Virus record (IMG/VR): IMGVR_UViG_3300030333_002885 | Coordinates: 11,598 to 75,597 of that record | Source: a virus | DNA length: 64,000 bases | Strand: one strand, 5' to 3' | Shown here: in pieces, positions 1 through 10,529 of the stretch | Layout of the letters: each line of letters begins with the position of its first letter | Position numbering within the stretch: the first letter of the stretch is position 1 | Program-made: the position numbers and the translations under genes | Notes under the pieces: model-generated | Told to the model about the DNA's origin: nothing | Databases searched by the model: none | What the model saw: the letters and a program-made list of their open reading frames with translations, nothing else

Positions 1-4
1 TACT

Positions 5-1033
5 ATGAGATCTAAGGCATTTTTTATTAATGGTGGAGCAGGTAGAGTTATCTGTTCTATCCCTGCACTTGAAAAGTATGCAGAAAATCACGACGATTTT
101 ATAATCGTTGCAGAAGGTGGTATGAATTTCTTTAAAGGTCATCCAGTTCTGCATAAACATGCCTATGATATTTGGCATAAAGGATTGTTTGAAGATAAGA
201 TTAAAGATAGAGACTGTGTAACACCAGAACCATATAGAATGTGGCATTACTACAATCAACAGTGTAGTCTTGCTCAAGCATATGATATGGAAATCAATGG
301 TTTAGATGAACCTAGAGAACTACCTGCACCTAATCTTAAGATTACTAAGCAAGAAGGTATAGGAGCAATACAAACCATTGAGAATATTAAGAGTCAATGT
401 GGTAAAGATAAAGTAATTATAGTACAACCATTTGGTAGGGGTGTGATGAATACTGATGGATATATTTTTGATCCATCCTCTCGTAGTTTTAATGTGTCAG
501 ATATATCTGAGATTATAAACACTCTTAAGAAAGACTATACTGTTATTGTTATGAGTGAATTTAAATTTGATACTGGTGATAGCAAATACAATCATGCATT
601 CCCTGAAGTACCAGACATTCGTTTATGGGCAGGGTTAATTGAATGTGCTGATCATTTTCTAGGATGTGATAGTGTCGGTCAACATATTGCTAAGGCAGTT
701 GGGACAACAGCAACAGTTGTTGTGGGATCTACATACCCTATTAATATATCCTATCCTAATGATAAGGATGTTGACATCATTGATCTTGGTGAAGGTAAGA
801 GGACATTCTCTCCTCTTAGGTTGACTACAGAAGATCAGCAGGACATGCAGAATGATGAGTGTATGAGTATGAGTAAGGATGATATTAAAAATGTTATTGA
901 ATCATGTAAGAAAAGATTGGGTAAGTCTAAAGATATTCCTATAGTTAAACAATCTGAACAGAAACAAGATTCTTGTTGTGAGGATCCTGCCTGTCCTACA
1001 AGTACAGTTACTAAGAAGGGTTTTGGGAAATGA
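5..1033 (+). CDS. GT9/heptosyltransferase-like glycosyltransferase
   Basis: C-terminal FLGCDSVGQHIAKAVGTTATVVVG resembles the GT9 DSGxxHxAxAxG motif; N-terminal GGAGRVICSIPAL; lies in an ADP-heptose gene cluster. Confidence 0.6.
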   Translation: MRSKAFFINGGAGRVICSIPALEKYAENHDDFIIVAEGGMNFFKGHPVLHKHAYDIWHKGLFEDKIKDRDCVTPEPYRMWHYYNQQCSLAQAYDMEINGLDEPRELPAPNLKITKQEGIGAIQTIENIKSQCGKDKVIIVQPFGRGVMNTDGYIFDPSSRSFNVSDISEIINTLKKDYTVIVMSEFKFDTGDSKYNHAFPEVPDIRLWAGLIECADHFLGCDSVGQHIAKAVGTTATVVVGSTYPINISYPNDKDVDIIDLGEGKRTFSPLRLTTEDQQDMQNDECMSMSKDDIKNVIESCKKRLGKSKDIPIVKQSEQKQDSCCEDPACPTSTVTKKGFGK

Positions 1034-2934
1034 CACAGTGGATCGCAGCAGTTGCTAGAGGACACAATGCTGGAGTAGCATTGTTAAAAGATGGTCAGTT
1101 AGTCTTTGCTATGGAGGAAGAAAGACTTACTCGTGCAAAGTATGATGGTGGTCCCATAGCATCCATCCTTAAGATTAAAGAATATACTGACAGGTTAGAC
1201 TTTTTTGTAACTGTTCATACTACAAGGTTGGATGCTCATCCAGACATGAAGTTGGATTATTGTCTAAATGATCCTTACTATGGTCTTGCTAGAAAGATAG
1301 GTTTGTTAAAGGATACTAATTCTCTCACTGAGGATGAGGTAAAGAAAAGAAAGTGTGGTGCTACTGTTCCTAAAAATGTCATTGACATGGGACACATACA
1401 TCATAGGACACATGCTGCTGCTGCATTTTATAACTCTGGATTTGAATCAGCAGTTGCAGTTATTGTAGATGGTGCTGGATCATGGTGTAAGTTTGGTGCT
1501 AAGAAAGAACAGGTTGAAGACTACTGGGAAACAGAAACTATATTTGATTGTGCATACCCTCATAAGTTTGACACAAAATATAAGCATCTAGGTTCTAAGT
1601 TTGCTTCACCTTTTAATTATTTTAATAATTTTGCTTCTGAATTTTGGTGTGGATATGGTGAGGATATAAACTGGGAGTCACCTCAGAATGATCATCACGA
1701 ATTAATTGCCACACATAAATGTGGTATAGTAAAAACTTATGAGGCAGTGACTGAGTACTGTGGGTTCCCTGCTATTGAAGCAGGTAAAACAATGGGTCTG
1801 TCACCATATGGAGGACCATGTGATTATATTCCAGACTTATTCCATAAGTGTGGAATGATACCAGTTAAACTTGCAGATAGTAATATCTTTACTCCAATGT
1901 ATCCTAATGGTGCAATTCAAAATCTATGGTATGAACCTGAGATCAATGAGATTGTACCAGAAGTAGAGTATGAAACAGGGATAGATGATGATAGGATTAA
2001 AAAAGCATATGATTGTGAGGGTAGAAAGAATTTTGCATGGAAGGTGCAGAATGATACCCAAGAGCAGGTGTTAGAGTTAATTAGAAAGGCAGTGCATGAT
2101 AGTGGAAATAGAAATGTTGTTGTGTCAGGTGGATATGGATTGAATTGTGTTGCTAATTATTGGTATCTTGATCAGTTAAAAGATGAAGGTATTAATCTTT
2201 ATGTTGAACCTGTCAGTAATGATGCTGGTACAGCATTAGGTGCTGCATTATTATGGCATCATTATCATAATAAAGATCATAGAGTGCGTGAGCGTATTGA
2301 TAATCTTTATTTTGGTCCACAATACAATTACACAAATGAATACATTACTGACATGGTAGACTCTTATGATGCTGAAGTAAAAGATGCAACACATGCAGAT
2401 GTTGTTAAACTTATTACTGATAAGAACATCGTTGCACTATTCCAAGGTAGATCAGAGGCAGGACCAAGAGCACTTGGTAATCGTAGTCTACTATATGATC
2501 CTCGTGATCCTAATGGTAAAGATCATGTTAATACATTAAAGAAACGAGAGTTCTTTAGACCATTTGCAGGTAGTATCCTTAAGGAACATGTACATGAGTG
2601 GTTTGATCTTCGTGGTATGGATGAGACTCCATTCATGATGTATGCTGTTAATTGTCAACCAGGTATAGAAGAAAAGATTCCTGCTATTATTCATGTTGAT
2701 AAGACATGTAGGATACAGACAGTAACAGAAGAACAAAACAAACATTACTATGACATCATCCAAGAATTCTTTGAACAGACTGGTTGCCCTATCATCTTTA
2801 ATACTTCCTTTAATTTGGGTGGAGAACCTCTGGTTGAAACACTCGATGATGCGTTACATACTCTTTCCAATAGTGGTCTTGAGTATTTGTATCTTCCTGA
2901 GTATGGTAAATTAATTACGGTTAAAAATGATTAG
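1030..2934 (+). CDS. O-carbamoyltransferase (NodU/CmcH family), full length
   Basis: EEERLTR, HHRTHAAAAF, VDGAG, GKTMGL, SGGYGLNCVAN, plus C-terminal GRSEAGPRALGNRS, REFFRPFA and NTSFN. Confidence 0.93.
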   Translation: MTQWIAAVARGHNAGVALLKDGQLVFAMEEERLTRAKYDGGPIASILKIKEYTDRLDFFVTVHTTRLDAHPDMKLDYCLNDPYYGLARKIGLLKDTNSLTEDEVKKRKCGATVPKNVIDMGHIHHRTHAAAAFYNSGFESAVAVIVDGAGSWCKFGAKKEQVEDYWETETIFDCAYPHKFDTKYKHLGSKFASPFNYFNNFASEFWCGYGEDINWESPQNDHHELIATHKCGIVKTYEAVTEYCGFPAIEAGKTMGLSPYGGPCDYIPDLFHKCGMIPVKLADSNIFTPMYPNGAIQNLWYEPEINEIVPEVEYETGIDDDRIKKAYDCEGRKNFAWKVQNDTQEQVLELIRKAVHDSGNRNVVVSGGYGLNCVANYWYLDQLKDEGINLYVEPVSNDAGTALGAALLWHHYHNKDHRVRERIDNLYFGPQYNYTNEYITDMVDSYDAEVKDATHADVVKLITDKNIVALFQGRSEAGPRALGNRSLLYDPRDPNGKDHVNTLKKREFFRPFAGSILKEHVHEWFDLRGMDETPFMMYAVNCQPGIEEKIPAIIHVDKTCRIQTVTEEQNKHYYDIIQEFFEQTGCPIIFNTSFNLGGEPLVETLDDALHTLSNSGLEYLYLPEYGKLITVKND

Positions 2935-3544
2935 CATTGATACTAATACAACACTGTTAGATTTCTCTCAGTATAATATTGATGAGGAAAAGATTGTTGT
3001 TATCGATAATCTATTTCCAAATTGGTTTATTAGTTATGTTCATCGTCAGATTATGGACTCGTCTGGATGGAGGTTCGGTCACTATACTGAGTCTAGAAAT
3101 CCAGAGAAAGAGATACCTGCATTTTCTCAGAAGATATTTCCTGACCCATTGTCACCTATATCTAATGACAGTTTATTCCCTATGATATATCATGCTGTTA
3201 CTCATAGTATGATAGACAATCCAGAGATAGGAGAGATATTAATTAACGGTCAGCAGTACTATCATAATACTATCTTCCATCAAGATTGTAAGGACAATGG
3301 TATTACTATGCTTTATTATGTTAATGCAAATGCTAAAGAAGAATGGGGTGGAGAGACACACATTAAAGTACCTACTAGTTCTAAAGATAGCATTACAAAT
3401 TCAGATGATATAATTAAAGTTGCTCCTAGACCAGGAAGAATTTGTTTATTCTTGGGTAAGTTAATGCATAAGGGAGAATCATTTAACTCTAAGACTAATA
3501 CTCTTAGAGCAACCATAGCATATAAGATAGGTAGAGATGGCTAA
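2927..3544 (+). CDS. 2OG-Fe(II) oxygenase
   Basis: HQD...WGGET...PRPGR...H...R metal/2OG-binding pattern. Confidence 0.8.
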   Translation: MISIDTNTTLLDFSQYNIDEEKIVVIDNLFPNWFISYVHRQIMDSSGWRFGHYTESRNPEKEIPAFSQKIFPDPLSPISNDSLFPMIYHAVTHSMIDNPEIGEILINGQQYYHNTIFHQDCKDNGITMLYYVNANAKEEWGGETHIKVPTSSKDSITNSDDIIKVAPRPGRICLFLGKLMHKGESFNSKTNTLRATIAYKIGRDG

Positions 3545-3968
3545 ACCATTTATTCATGAGAAAAAATTGGTTAAGGTATTTGTCAATGGAACCTTTGACT
3601 TACTACATCCAGGTCATATATCATTACTTAGCTGGGCAAAATCTCTTGGAGATTATCTTGTAGTTGGTATTGATACTGACGATAGAGTACGGGAAAAGAA
3701 AGGACCAACCCGTCCCATATATAATCAGACTGATAGAGGAATCATGCTTGTTGCTCTTGAATCAGTTGATGAGGTGACTTACTTTCATAGCGATGAATCT
3801 CTAGAGGCATTGGTAAAAGAAGTTAAACCTGATATAATGGTGGTAGGTTCTGACTGGAAAGATAAATCAGTCATAGGTTCCTACTGGGCTGCCGAATTAA
3901 AATTCTATGATAGGATAGAAGAGTATGCGACTTCAAAGACAGTACAATGTATTATTGATAGGGGATAG
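3537..3968 (+). CDS. ADP-heptose synthase nucleotidyltransferase domain (HldC / RfaE domain II)
   Basis: NGTFDLLHPGH (HxGH), KGPTRP, GSDW. Confidence 0.85.
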   Translation: MAKPFIHEKKLVKVFVNGTFDLLHPGHISLLSWAKSLGDYLVVGIDTDDRVREKKGPTRPIYNQTDRGIMLVALESVDEVTYFHSDESLEALVKEVKPDIMVVGSDWKDKSVIGSYWAAELKFYDRIEEYATSKTVQCIIDRG

Positions 3969-4710
3969 TTGCACCGATGAATGGGTGTATGGATCCTGTG
4001 ATCGTTTAAGTCCTGAAGGACCGATCCCTGTCATGAAGTATAGGGAGAAGCAGTCTGCTCCTGGTATGGCAGCGAATGTTTATGAGAATTTAAAGTCCCT
4101 TGGTATCAATGTAAACTTCTTGACTCATAAGGAGAAGATTACTAAGACAAGATATGTTCATGAGAAATCTAATCAACAGATCATGCGTCTGGATACAGAA
4201 CCAGAGGTAGAACCATTACATCCTTCTCAAATTACTATGGCAGCAGTGCATCAAAGTTATGATGCTGTTGTCATATCAGATTATGATAAGGGGTTTGTAT
4301 CTGTAGAAGACATTGAACATCTTGCTAGTAGGAATCCAGACATAAAAATATTTGTTGATACTAAGAAGAAGAAGTTACCTACACAGTATCCTAATATAGT
4401 ATATAAAATTAATCAGAAAGAATTTAATTTATTAGACCCAGATCATATACCTAAGGGTGAGAATATGATTGTAACTGCTGGTGCTGATGGTGCTCTATGG
4501 AATAAGAAACAGTTCCAAGTACCTATCACTAGAGTGTTTGATGTAACAGGTGCAGGTGATACATTCTTAGCAGCATTAGTCTTCTATTATATACAGTTAC
4601 CTTCTATGGAAGAGTCAATTGCTTTTGCTAATAGAGCAGCAGCAATTGCAGTCCAGAATCCTGGTACATATACTATGACTATGGAGGATGTGGATGGTAT
4701 CCTCAAATAA
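3925..4710 (+). CDS. PfkB-family heptose 7-phosphate kinase (HldA / RfaE domain I)
   Basis: RLSPEGPIPV, SDYDKG, DVTGAGDTF. Confidence 0.85.
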   Translation: MRLQRQYNVLLIGDSCTDEWVYGSCDRLSPEGPIPVMKYREKQSAPGMAANVYENLKSLGINVNFLTHKEKITKTRYVHEKSNQQIMRLDTEPEVEPLHPSQITMAAVHQSYDAVVISDYDKGFVSVEDIEHLASRNPDIKIFVDTKKKKLPTQYPNIVYKINQKEFNLLDPDHIPKGENMIVTAGADGALWNKKQFQVPITRVFDVTGAGDTFLAALVFYYIQLPSMEESIAFANRAAAIAVQNPGTYTMTMEDVDGILK

Positions 4711-5710
4711 TATATTATCTTATAATTGTTCTCATGATGCTGCTGTATGTTATTTAAAGGATGGTAAGATAGAATGGTTTATAGAAGAAGAAAGAGTAAG
4801 TAGAAAGAAGCATGATTACAGACCATACTTATCATTGGTTGATGGTGTTAGAAGAGTAGATGATATAGACATAGCATTGCATACTACATTACATCATACT
4901 GATGATCCAGAACTTGCTGACAGAGTATTAAATTTTACATGTGAATTGATACAGAAGGTGAAAGATAAACCTAATTTTATGGACTGTAGTGCTGAACATC
5001 ATTTACATCATGCAGCACTAGCATTTTATAACTCTGGGTTTGAAGAGGCAGCATGTCTTATTGTTGATGGTGCTGGAGCATATGTTGAGGGTGGAGGACA
5101 TGAGGTAGAGACAATTTATAAAGTATCTTATCCTCATTCATTTGATAAGATATATCAGAGAGCAGTACCTTGGTATAAAGGATCTACTTTGACTGACTAT
5201 ACTATTGGTATAGGATTTGTTTATGCTGGTATCAGTGAGTACCTTGGGTTTGGTACTCTAGGTTGTGGTAAACTCATGGGTCTTGCTCCTTATGGTAAGG
5301 AAGATCCTAATGTTAAATCATTTTTGGTAGATGGTGAGGTTGATAAAACCTTATGGGAGAGAGATCCTAATGGTGTTAAGTTTAAACCTTATGGTGATGT
5401 TAGTCCTGCTAATTTAGCATGGAGATGTCAGAAAGATTTTGAAACATATATGATTGCATTGATCAAGAAAGCATCAAAGGTTAGTAATAATATAGTATTG
5501 TCAGGAGGTTGTGCTCTAAATTGTGTAGCAAACTATGAGTACTTGAAACATCTTCCAGAAGGTGCTAAACTGTATGTCGAACCAGTGTCTAGTGATGCTG
5601 GTACTGCTGCTGGTATGGCAATGTATGGTTGGAGAAACCTTACTAAGTCAACAGAAATTTATCCTTTAAAAGATTTGTATTGGGGACCACAACATGAGAT
5701 ATTGCTTTGA
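4688..5710 (+). CDS. Carbamoyltransferase, N-terminal (Kae1-like) domain only
   Basis: SHD, EEERVSRKKH, HHLHHA, VDGAG, GKLMGLAPYG, SGGCALNC; ends at LYWGP with no C-terminal domain. Confidence 0.85.
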   Translation: MWMVSSNNILSYNCSHDAAVCYLKDGKIEWFIEEERVSRKKHDYRPYLSLVDGVRRVDDIDIALHTTLHHTDDPELADRVLNFTCELIQKVKDKPNFMDCSAEHHLHHAALAFYNSGFEEAACLIVDGAGAYVEGGGHEVETIYKVSYPHSFDKIYQRAVPWYKGSTLTDYTIGIGFVYAGISEYLGFGTLGCGKLMGLAPYGKEDPNVKSFLVDGEVDKTLWERDPNGVKFKPYGDVSPANLAWRCQKDFETYMIALIKKASKVSNNIVLSGGCALNCVANYEYLKHLPEGAKLYVEPVSSDAGTAAGMAMYGWRNLTKSTEIYPLKDLYWGPQHEILL

Positions 5711-6035
5711 TATAGATGGTACGATATGTACACCTGGTACATGTAAGTCGTGTCAGTATGAAGGTGCTACTCCCAAGAAGGAGAGGATAGAAAAGATTAA
5801 TAAGTTATATGAGGAGGGTCACTACATAATATACATGACTGCTCGTGCAATGGGTAGGAATCATGATCTTCCTAATGATGTAGCTACTGCACATGCAAAG
5901 GAAATTATAGAACCCCTTACTAAATTACAACTAGATATATGGGGGTGTAAATATCATGAGTTGATCTTTGGTAAACCTCATGCCGATCTCTTTATTGATG
6001 ATAAAGGCATAACCGATTATGATTTTTTTAAATGA
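5694..6035 (+). CDS. Small HAD-superfamily phosphatase
   Basis: FDIDGTI, TAR and GKP...IDDK motifs. Confidence 0.8.
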   Translation: MRYCFDIDGTICTPGTCKSCQYEGATPKKERIEKINKLYEEGHYIIYMTARAMGRNHDLPNDVATAHAKEIIEPLTKLQLDIWGCKYHELIFGKPHADLFIDDKGITDYDFFK

Positions 6036-6394
6036 AAGAAACTAAACCTAAATTTGTACCGAAAGGATGGGGTTGGGAGAAATGGATTGCCAATTCTCCT
6101 GAGTATTGTGGTAAGTTATTGTTTATTAAGAAGAACCACAGGTGCTCATGGCATTATCACATACTAAAAGATGAGACCTTCTACCTGCATTCAGGTATGA
6201 TTCATCTCTTCTATGGTAAGACAGATAATTTAGAGGATGCAAAGACTATGATCCTAGAACCTGGTGATAGTTTCCATTGTTGTAGGAAGACTAGACATCA
6301 GATGGTAGCAATACAAGATGCAGAATTATTTGAATTTTCTACACAGCATTTTGATGAGGATTCACACAGAGTTATACCTGGAGATACTCTTTAA
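6032..6394 (+). CDS. Cupin protein (sugar isomerase/epimerase-like)
   Basis: KGWGWE...SWHYH.LKDETF...H cupin pattern. Confidence 0.75.
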   Translation: MKETKPKFVPKGWGWEKWIANSPEYCGKLLFIKKNHRCSWHYHILKDETFYLHSGMIHLFYGKTDNLEDAKTMILEPGDSFHCCRKTRHQMVAIQDAELFEFSTQHFDEDSHRVIPGDTL

Positions 6395-7151
6395 CTGTTT
6401 TAAATTTGTAATCTTTTAACCAACTCATGTCAGCTATGGTATAATATTGGTACTTACCCTTTAAGTGAGGTGGAAATGGGATTGGAGACAATTTCGACCC
6501 AGTTTTTAATGAAACTAGTTGAGCTACAGTGTCAATTGTTATTGGCGATCCTGTGCCAAGATCGAATATGCCAGAACCCGCAGTGTTCGATAACACTACA
6601 TTCACCAGATCCCCAACCCACACATAGTCACGGTGTATCTGATCGCTCCCTTCAAACGGATGTATTTGACCAGTGGCAGCCTGCCATTGAAACTGACTGA
6701 CTAGTGATGCCATCTGTCCCTTATGATGCTCACCTGATCCATATACATTAAAGTATCTAAACCCCTGAACATATCTAAAGCGTTCTATATTATCTAAGAC
6801 CCAGTAATCTACTGTTGCTTTTGATAATGCATAGTAATTCAGGGGATTTATAATGCAAGATTGATTACCGTAGACAGATGCTGAACTGGCATACTTAACA
6901 GGGATACCATACTCTATTGCCTTCTCGAATAATTTAATACTAAAGTCTATATTATATTTGTATACCATCTCAAGGTTCTTGTTGGTTGTAGAGGACAACG
7001 CACCTTGATGGATAATCATATCTATCTTGTCCCAACTCTTGAAGTTATCTAAAAAGTCTAAACAATTTTCTAGGTCAACTTCAACTACACCATCGAGAGA
7101 ATTTTTAAAGTGTTTCCCAATGAATCCATCAGCACCTGTTAGAATATTCAT
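6372..7151 (-). CDS. hldD: ADP-L-glycero-D-manno-heptose 6-epimerase
   Basis: TGADGFIG, HQGALSSTT, YASSASVYG, YALSK, RYFNVYG..E.HKG.MAS, YQYYT.AD. Confidence 0.88.
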   Translation of the reverse strand: MNILTGADGFIGKHFKNSLDGVVEVDLENCLDFLDNFKSWDKIDMIIHQGALSSTTNKNLEMVYKYNIDFSIKLFEKAIEYGIPVKYASSASVYGNQSCIINPLNYYALSKATVDYWVLDNIERFRYVQGFRYFNVYGSGEHHKGQMASLVSQFQWQAATGQIHPFEGSDQIHRDYVWVGDLVNVVLSNTAGSGIFDLGTGSPITIDTVAQLVSLKTGSKLSPIPFPPHLKGKYQYYTIADMSWLKDYKFKTVKEYLQV

Positions 7152-7183
7152 GCCAAAATCTTTACTGTATATATTCTACCACA

Positions 7184-7191
7184 GATAAATA
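7184..7191 (+). promoter_or_regulatory. T4-type late promoter (GATAAATA)
   Basis: Variant of TATAAATA just upstream of the fibre gene. Confidence 0.55.
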
Positions 7192-7200
7192 CTAAAAAAA

Positions 7201-9954
7201 GTGCATAGAGCCGTGATAGGAAGACTCGCATCGTTAAAAACGACACTCCAGAAGGGTACAGTTAGTAACACTTTACTGTATACTGCTACTGAGATGGTAA
7301 CTGCTAATGTCTCGGCAGCAAACCAAACAGAAGAGAAGTTAACTCATTCAGTTGCTATCTCTGGTGATAAGTCTATTACAACCTTTGGGATTAGTGATGG
7401 AGGGACAGGATATGCAAATGGAACCAACATAGTACTGACTGGAGGTAATGGTACTGGAGCACTTGCTAATATTACAACTACAAATGGTGTTATAACAGAA
7501 TTAGAACTTGTTGATAATGGACAAGGATATGATATTGGTGATGTTCTTTCAGTAACAAATGCAAATGCAGATGGAGTTGCTACATTAACTGGTGTTAATA
7601 ATCCTGGTGATGGTTATGCTGTTGGTACACAAACAGATGTTGCTACTACTAGTAATGGATCAGGTACAGGATTGACTCTTGATCTTGTAGTTAATGTTAA
7701 CGGTAAGATTGAATCTGCCACTGTTAATACAGATGGAGAAGGGTACGCAGTCAATGAAATCATATCTATCAGTGGTGGTGATGGGTTTGGATCTGTAAGT
7801 GTTGCATCTATTCATGGTAACAGTGGACAAATTACAGTTCAAGATTCTACAGGTAATAAAGTTTCAGACTCCATTGCTTATGGTATTCCATTGGCAGTGG
7901 GTGGCAATGCAATGTATGATGATATTACATTGAAGCCAGGTGATTCAATATATGTTTCATCATCTAAACCTGGTGTAAGTTTTACTATCATTTCTAATAC
8001 AGCATACGGTAATGTTAATGCTGATGTTCAGAAAAATTTAGGTAGAGGTAATTCATATATTAGTAGCACTGCATTCCCACAGATCAATGATAATGTAGGA
8101 CTAGTTACTGCAAAGTATGATGGTGTTGCAACCATTCATGTATCAAATAGAAATTCAGATAAAATTGCTGCAGTCTCTGTTGGTATTGCTTCAGGAGATA
8201 TCAGTACCTTTGATGTTGCTGATTACTTTGTCTTTGGTCAGAGATTACAACCACTACAAGATTTAACGATAGACAATATAGGTATTGCTAGTGGTCAGAC
8301 TCTAGTTACTAGAGCATCAAAGACTGATGTAGCATTTGCTGCATACACCAAACCTATTGAACTTCAGTTTGCTGGTGTTGGTACTGATGGTAGTATTAAT
8401 ACTATTGGTGTCATCACTGCTACAGCATTTGCTGGTGATGGATCTGCTATCACTGGTGTGATCGCTGCTGGATCAGGTGTTAGTATTACTAGTAATGGAT
8501 CTCAGGTTGGTGTTGCTGCTACTATAGATTTTGGATCAGAATTTAATATTACTAATGTATCTGCTGGTGTTGCTACAATCACTGCTGGCACAGTACCTTT
8601 AGCAACTACTGCAGACTATGCTAACCTTGCTGGCATAGCAACAGTTGCTAACGAAGCAAACGCTCTTGCTGTAGGTGTTGCTGTTACTCTTGCAGATGTT
8701 GCTACTAATGCACTACAGTGTACAGGTAACGCTGCCACTGCTGATATTGCATCAGGTATTACGAGTAACTTTGATATCTTTACTAACAATCCTATTAGAA
8801 CTACTGACAAATTCTATGGTGATGGTAGTCAGTTAACAAATATTACTGCAACAGGTACTGGTATTGGTATCAGAAATAATAATAGTTTCGTAGGAACAGC
8901 ACAGACAGTAAACTTTGGGTTGAGTCTTGATACTATCATCTCATCCTCTGGTGTTGCTACTATCACTGTTCAGAAGGTTCCTCATGCTGACATCTGTGGT
9001 GTCTCTAGTTACTCAGACAAGTGTGGTGTTGCTACCTATGCAACTAACGCAGGGATCGCTTCACAGGCGACCAATGCTACCTTTGCTAACACTTCGTCAT
9101 TCTCTACCTTAACAGGTGCTGCAGAGACCTCCAAGAGTCTTTACACAGAGCATAAAGCAAACTTCTTACCACTACCTGTTACTCTTGGTACTAAAACTGT
9201 CAACCATAGGTACTATGGTATTGGATCTGATAGATCAGTAAACATTCAGGGATATGAGTCACCTTACTTAAGGTTTGAAGTTGGACAGACATATAGATTT
9301 GAGAATGCATCACAGCAAGCAACTTATCCTATTACATTCTATACATCAGCATCAGGTGATCCAGTAGGTTATGGTAGTACCACACCTTCTGTAATGACAC
9401 AGGATGTTACTGTGACTGGATCTTATACAGAGATTACTGTTACTGAGTACACACCATCTTTATTCTATTATGGTGTTGGAGTTGGTACTACTATGGGTAG
9501 TATGGGTAACTCCATTCAGGTGTTTAACTCTGAGATGAATAGAGTCCTTAAGGTAGGAGAGTATAAGAATACTGCTGGACTTAAGACATGTACACACACT
9601 CAAATGTTTGAGGGTCGTGCTACTGCATGGTATATGAACACCAACTTAGGTGTAGGTAACAGTGACTATGTTCCTGGAGATCGTTCACATAATGTTAGTT
9701 CGATTGAGCAGTCATCTACTGGTGTTTACACAGTTAACTTTGCTGATGCAATGAATGATAATAATTATGCTGTAGTAATAAATGGTAGAGGTACTAATAA
9801 TTTCCCAGGTGGTTTGGTCAGGGGAACAGTATTTGACAGGACAACAACAGGATTTGGTGTTACAATATACAACGGGATCCCTGCTCCAGAAGACCTACGA
9901 GATGTTAACATCGTTGTGTATGGAGGACAAGACGGAGAACCTGCCTTCCTATAA
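7201..9954 (+). CDS. Tail fibre / virion structural protein
   Basis: G/T/S/A-rich; GxGY repeats, FAGDGSAITG and FYGDGSQLTN fibre repeats; C-terminal NVSSI..TG.Y.VNF...M...NY domain. Confidence 0.7.
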   Translation: MHRAVIGRLASLKTTLQKGTVSNTLLYTATEMVTANVSAANQTEEKLTHSVAISGDKSITTFGISDGGTGYANGTNIVLTGGNGTGALANITTTNGVITELELVDNGQGYDIGDVLSVTNANADGVATLTGVNNPGDGYAVGTQTDVATTSNGSGTGLTLDLVVNVNGKIESATVNTDGEGYAVNEIISISGGDGFGSVSVASIHGNSGQITVQDSTGNKVSDSIAYGIPLAVGGNAMYDDITLKPGDSIYVSSSKPGVSFTIISNTAYGNVNADVQKNLGRGNSYISSTAFPQINDNVGLVTAKYDGVATIHVSNRNSDKIAAVSVGIASGDISTFDVADYFVFGQRLQPLQDLTIDNIGIASGQTLVTRASKTDVAFAAYTKPIELQFAGVGTDGSINTIGVITATAFAGDGSAITGVIAAGSGVSITSNGSQVGVAATIDFGSEFNITNVSAGVATITAGTVPLATTADYANLAGIATVANEANALAVGVAVTLADVATNALQCTGNAATADIASGITSNFDIFTNNPIRTTDKFYGDGSQLTNITATGTGIGIRNNNSFVGTAQTVNFGLSLDTIISSSGVATITVQKVPHADICGVSSYSDKCGVATYATNAGIASQATNATFANTSSFSTLTGAAETSKSLYTEHKANFLPLPVTLGTKTVNHRYYGIGSDRSVNIQGYESPYLRFEVGQTYRFENASQQATYPITFYTSASGDPVGYGSTTPSVMTQDVTVTGSYTEITVTEYTPSLFYYGVGVGTTMGSMGNSIQVFNSEMNRVLKVGEYKNTAGLKTCTHTQMFEGRATAWYMNTNLGVGNSDYVPGDRSHNVSSIEQSSTGVYTVNFADAMNDNNYAVVINGRGTNNFPGGLVRGTVFDRTTTGFGVTIYNGIPAPEDLRDVNIVVYGGQDGEPAFL

Positions 9955-9957
9955 ATA
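9950..9957 (+). promoter_or_regulatory. T4-type late promoter TATAAATA
   Basis: Exact consensus upstream of glutaredoxin. Confidence 0.65.
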
Positions 9958-9973
9958 TTATTTTAACTAAAAG

Positions 9974-10225
9974 ATGTTCACAATCTATTCGATGAACGGT
10001 TGCGGTTATTGCGACAAAGTTAAAGAGCTAATGAGCTTGACAAAACAACGGTTTGTAGTTTATACTCTAGACGAACATTTTACCATCGAGGAATTTGATG
10101 GTGAGTTTAATACTCTTCAGTTCCCACAAGTAGTTGCTGATCTTCCGTCAGGAGATCGAAAACATATTGGTGGTGCTGCAGAAGTTGCGGAGTATTTTAA
10201 GGAGCATAATCTTGCTGCTAAATAA
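9974..10225 (+). CDS. nrdC: Glutaredoxin
   Basis: CGYC, FPQV, IGG. Confidence 0.88.
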   Translation: MFTIYSMNGCGYCDKVKELMSLTKQRFVVYTLDEHFTIEEFDGEFNTLQFPQVVADLPSGDRKHIGGAAEVAEYFKEHNLAAK

Positions 10226-10284
10226 AAACAATTAGCATGGAGGGGCATTAAAGTTTACTTTATAAACCCTATAGAGGCAGGAAA

Positions 10285-10515
10285 ATGTTATCAGTATCTT
10301 TGGTCTTCGGATCTTTTTTCATCATATTAACAGCGATTGTATCAGTCATGTTAGGATGGGTACTCCGAGAGTATATGCTCTATCATCATGATAGACCACA
10401 GTATAATCCTCCCTCACATCCAGAAATGTATGATGAGAATGGTAATATAATACCAGACTCATTAATAGCATTCCGATTTGACAATTTTGCCGATGAGGAA
10501 GACGACGACGATTAA
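10285..10515 (+). CDS. Cyanophage small membrane protein
   Basis: N-terminal hydrophobic helix, HPEMYDENGN, acidic tail. Confidence 0.75.
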   Translation: MLSVSLVFGSFFIILTAIVSVMLGWVLREYMLYHHDRPQYNPPSHPEMYDENGNIIPDSLIAFRFDNFADEEDDDD

Positions 10516-10529
10516 CCTTTGAGTTTATT

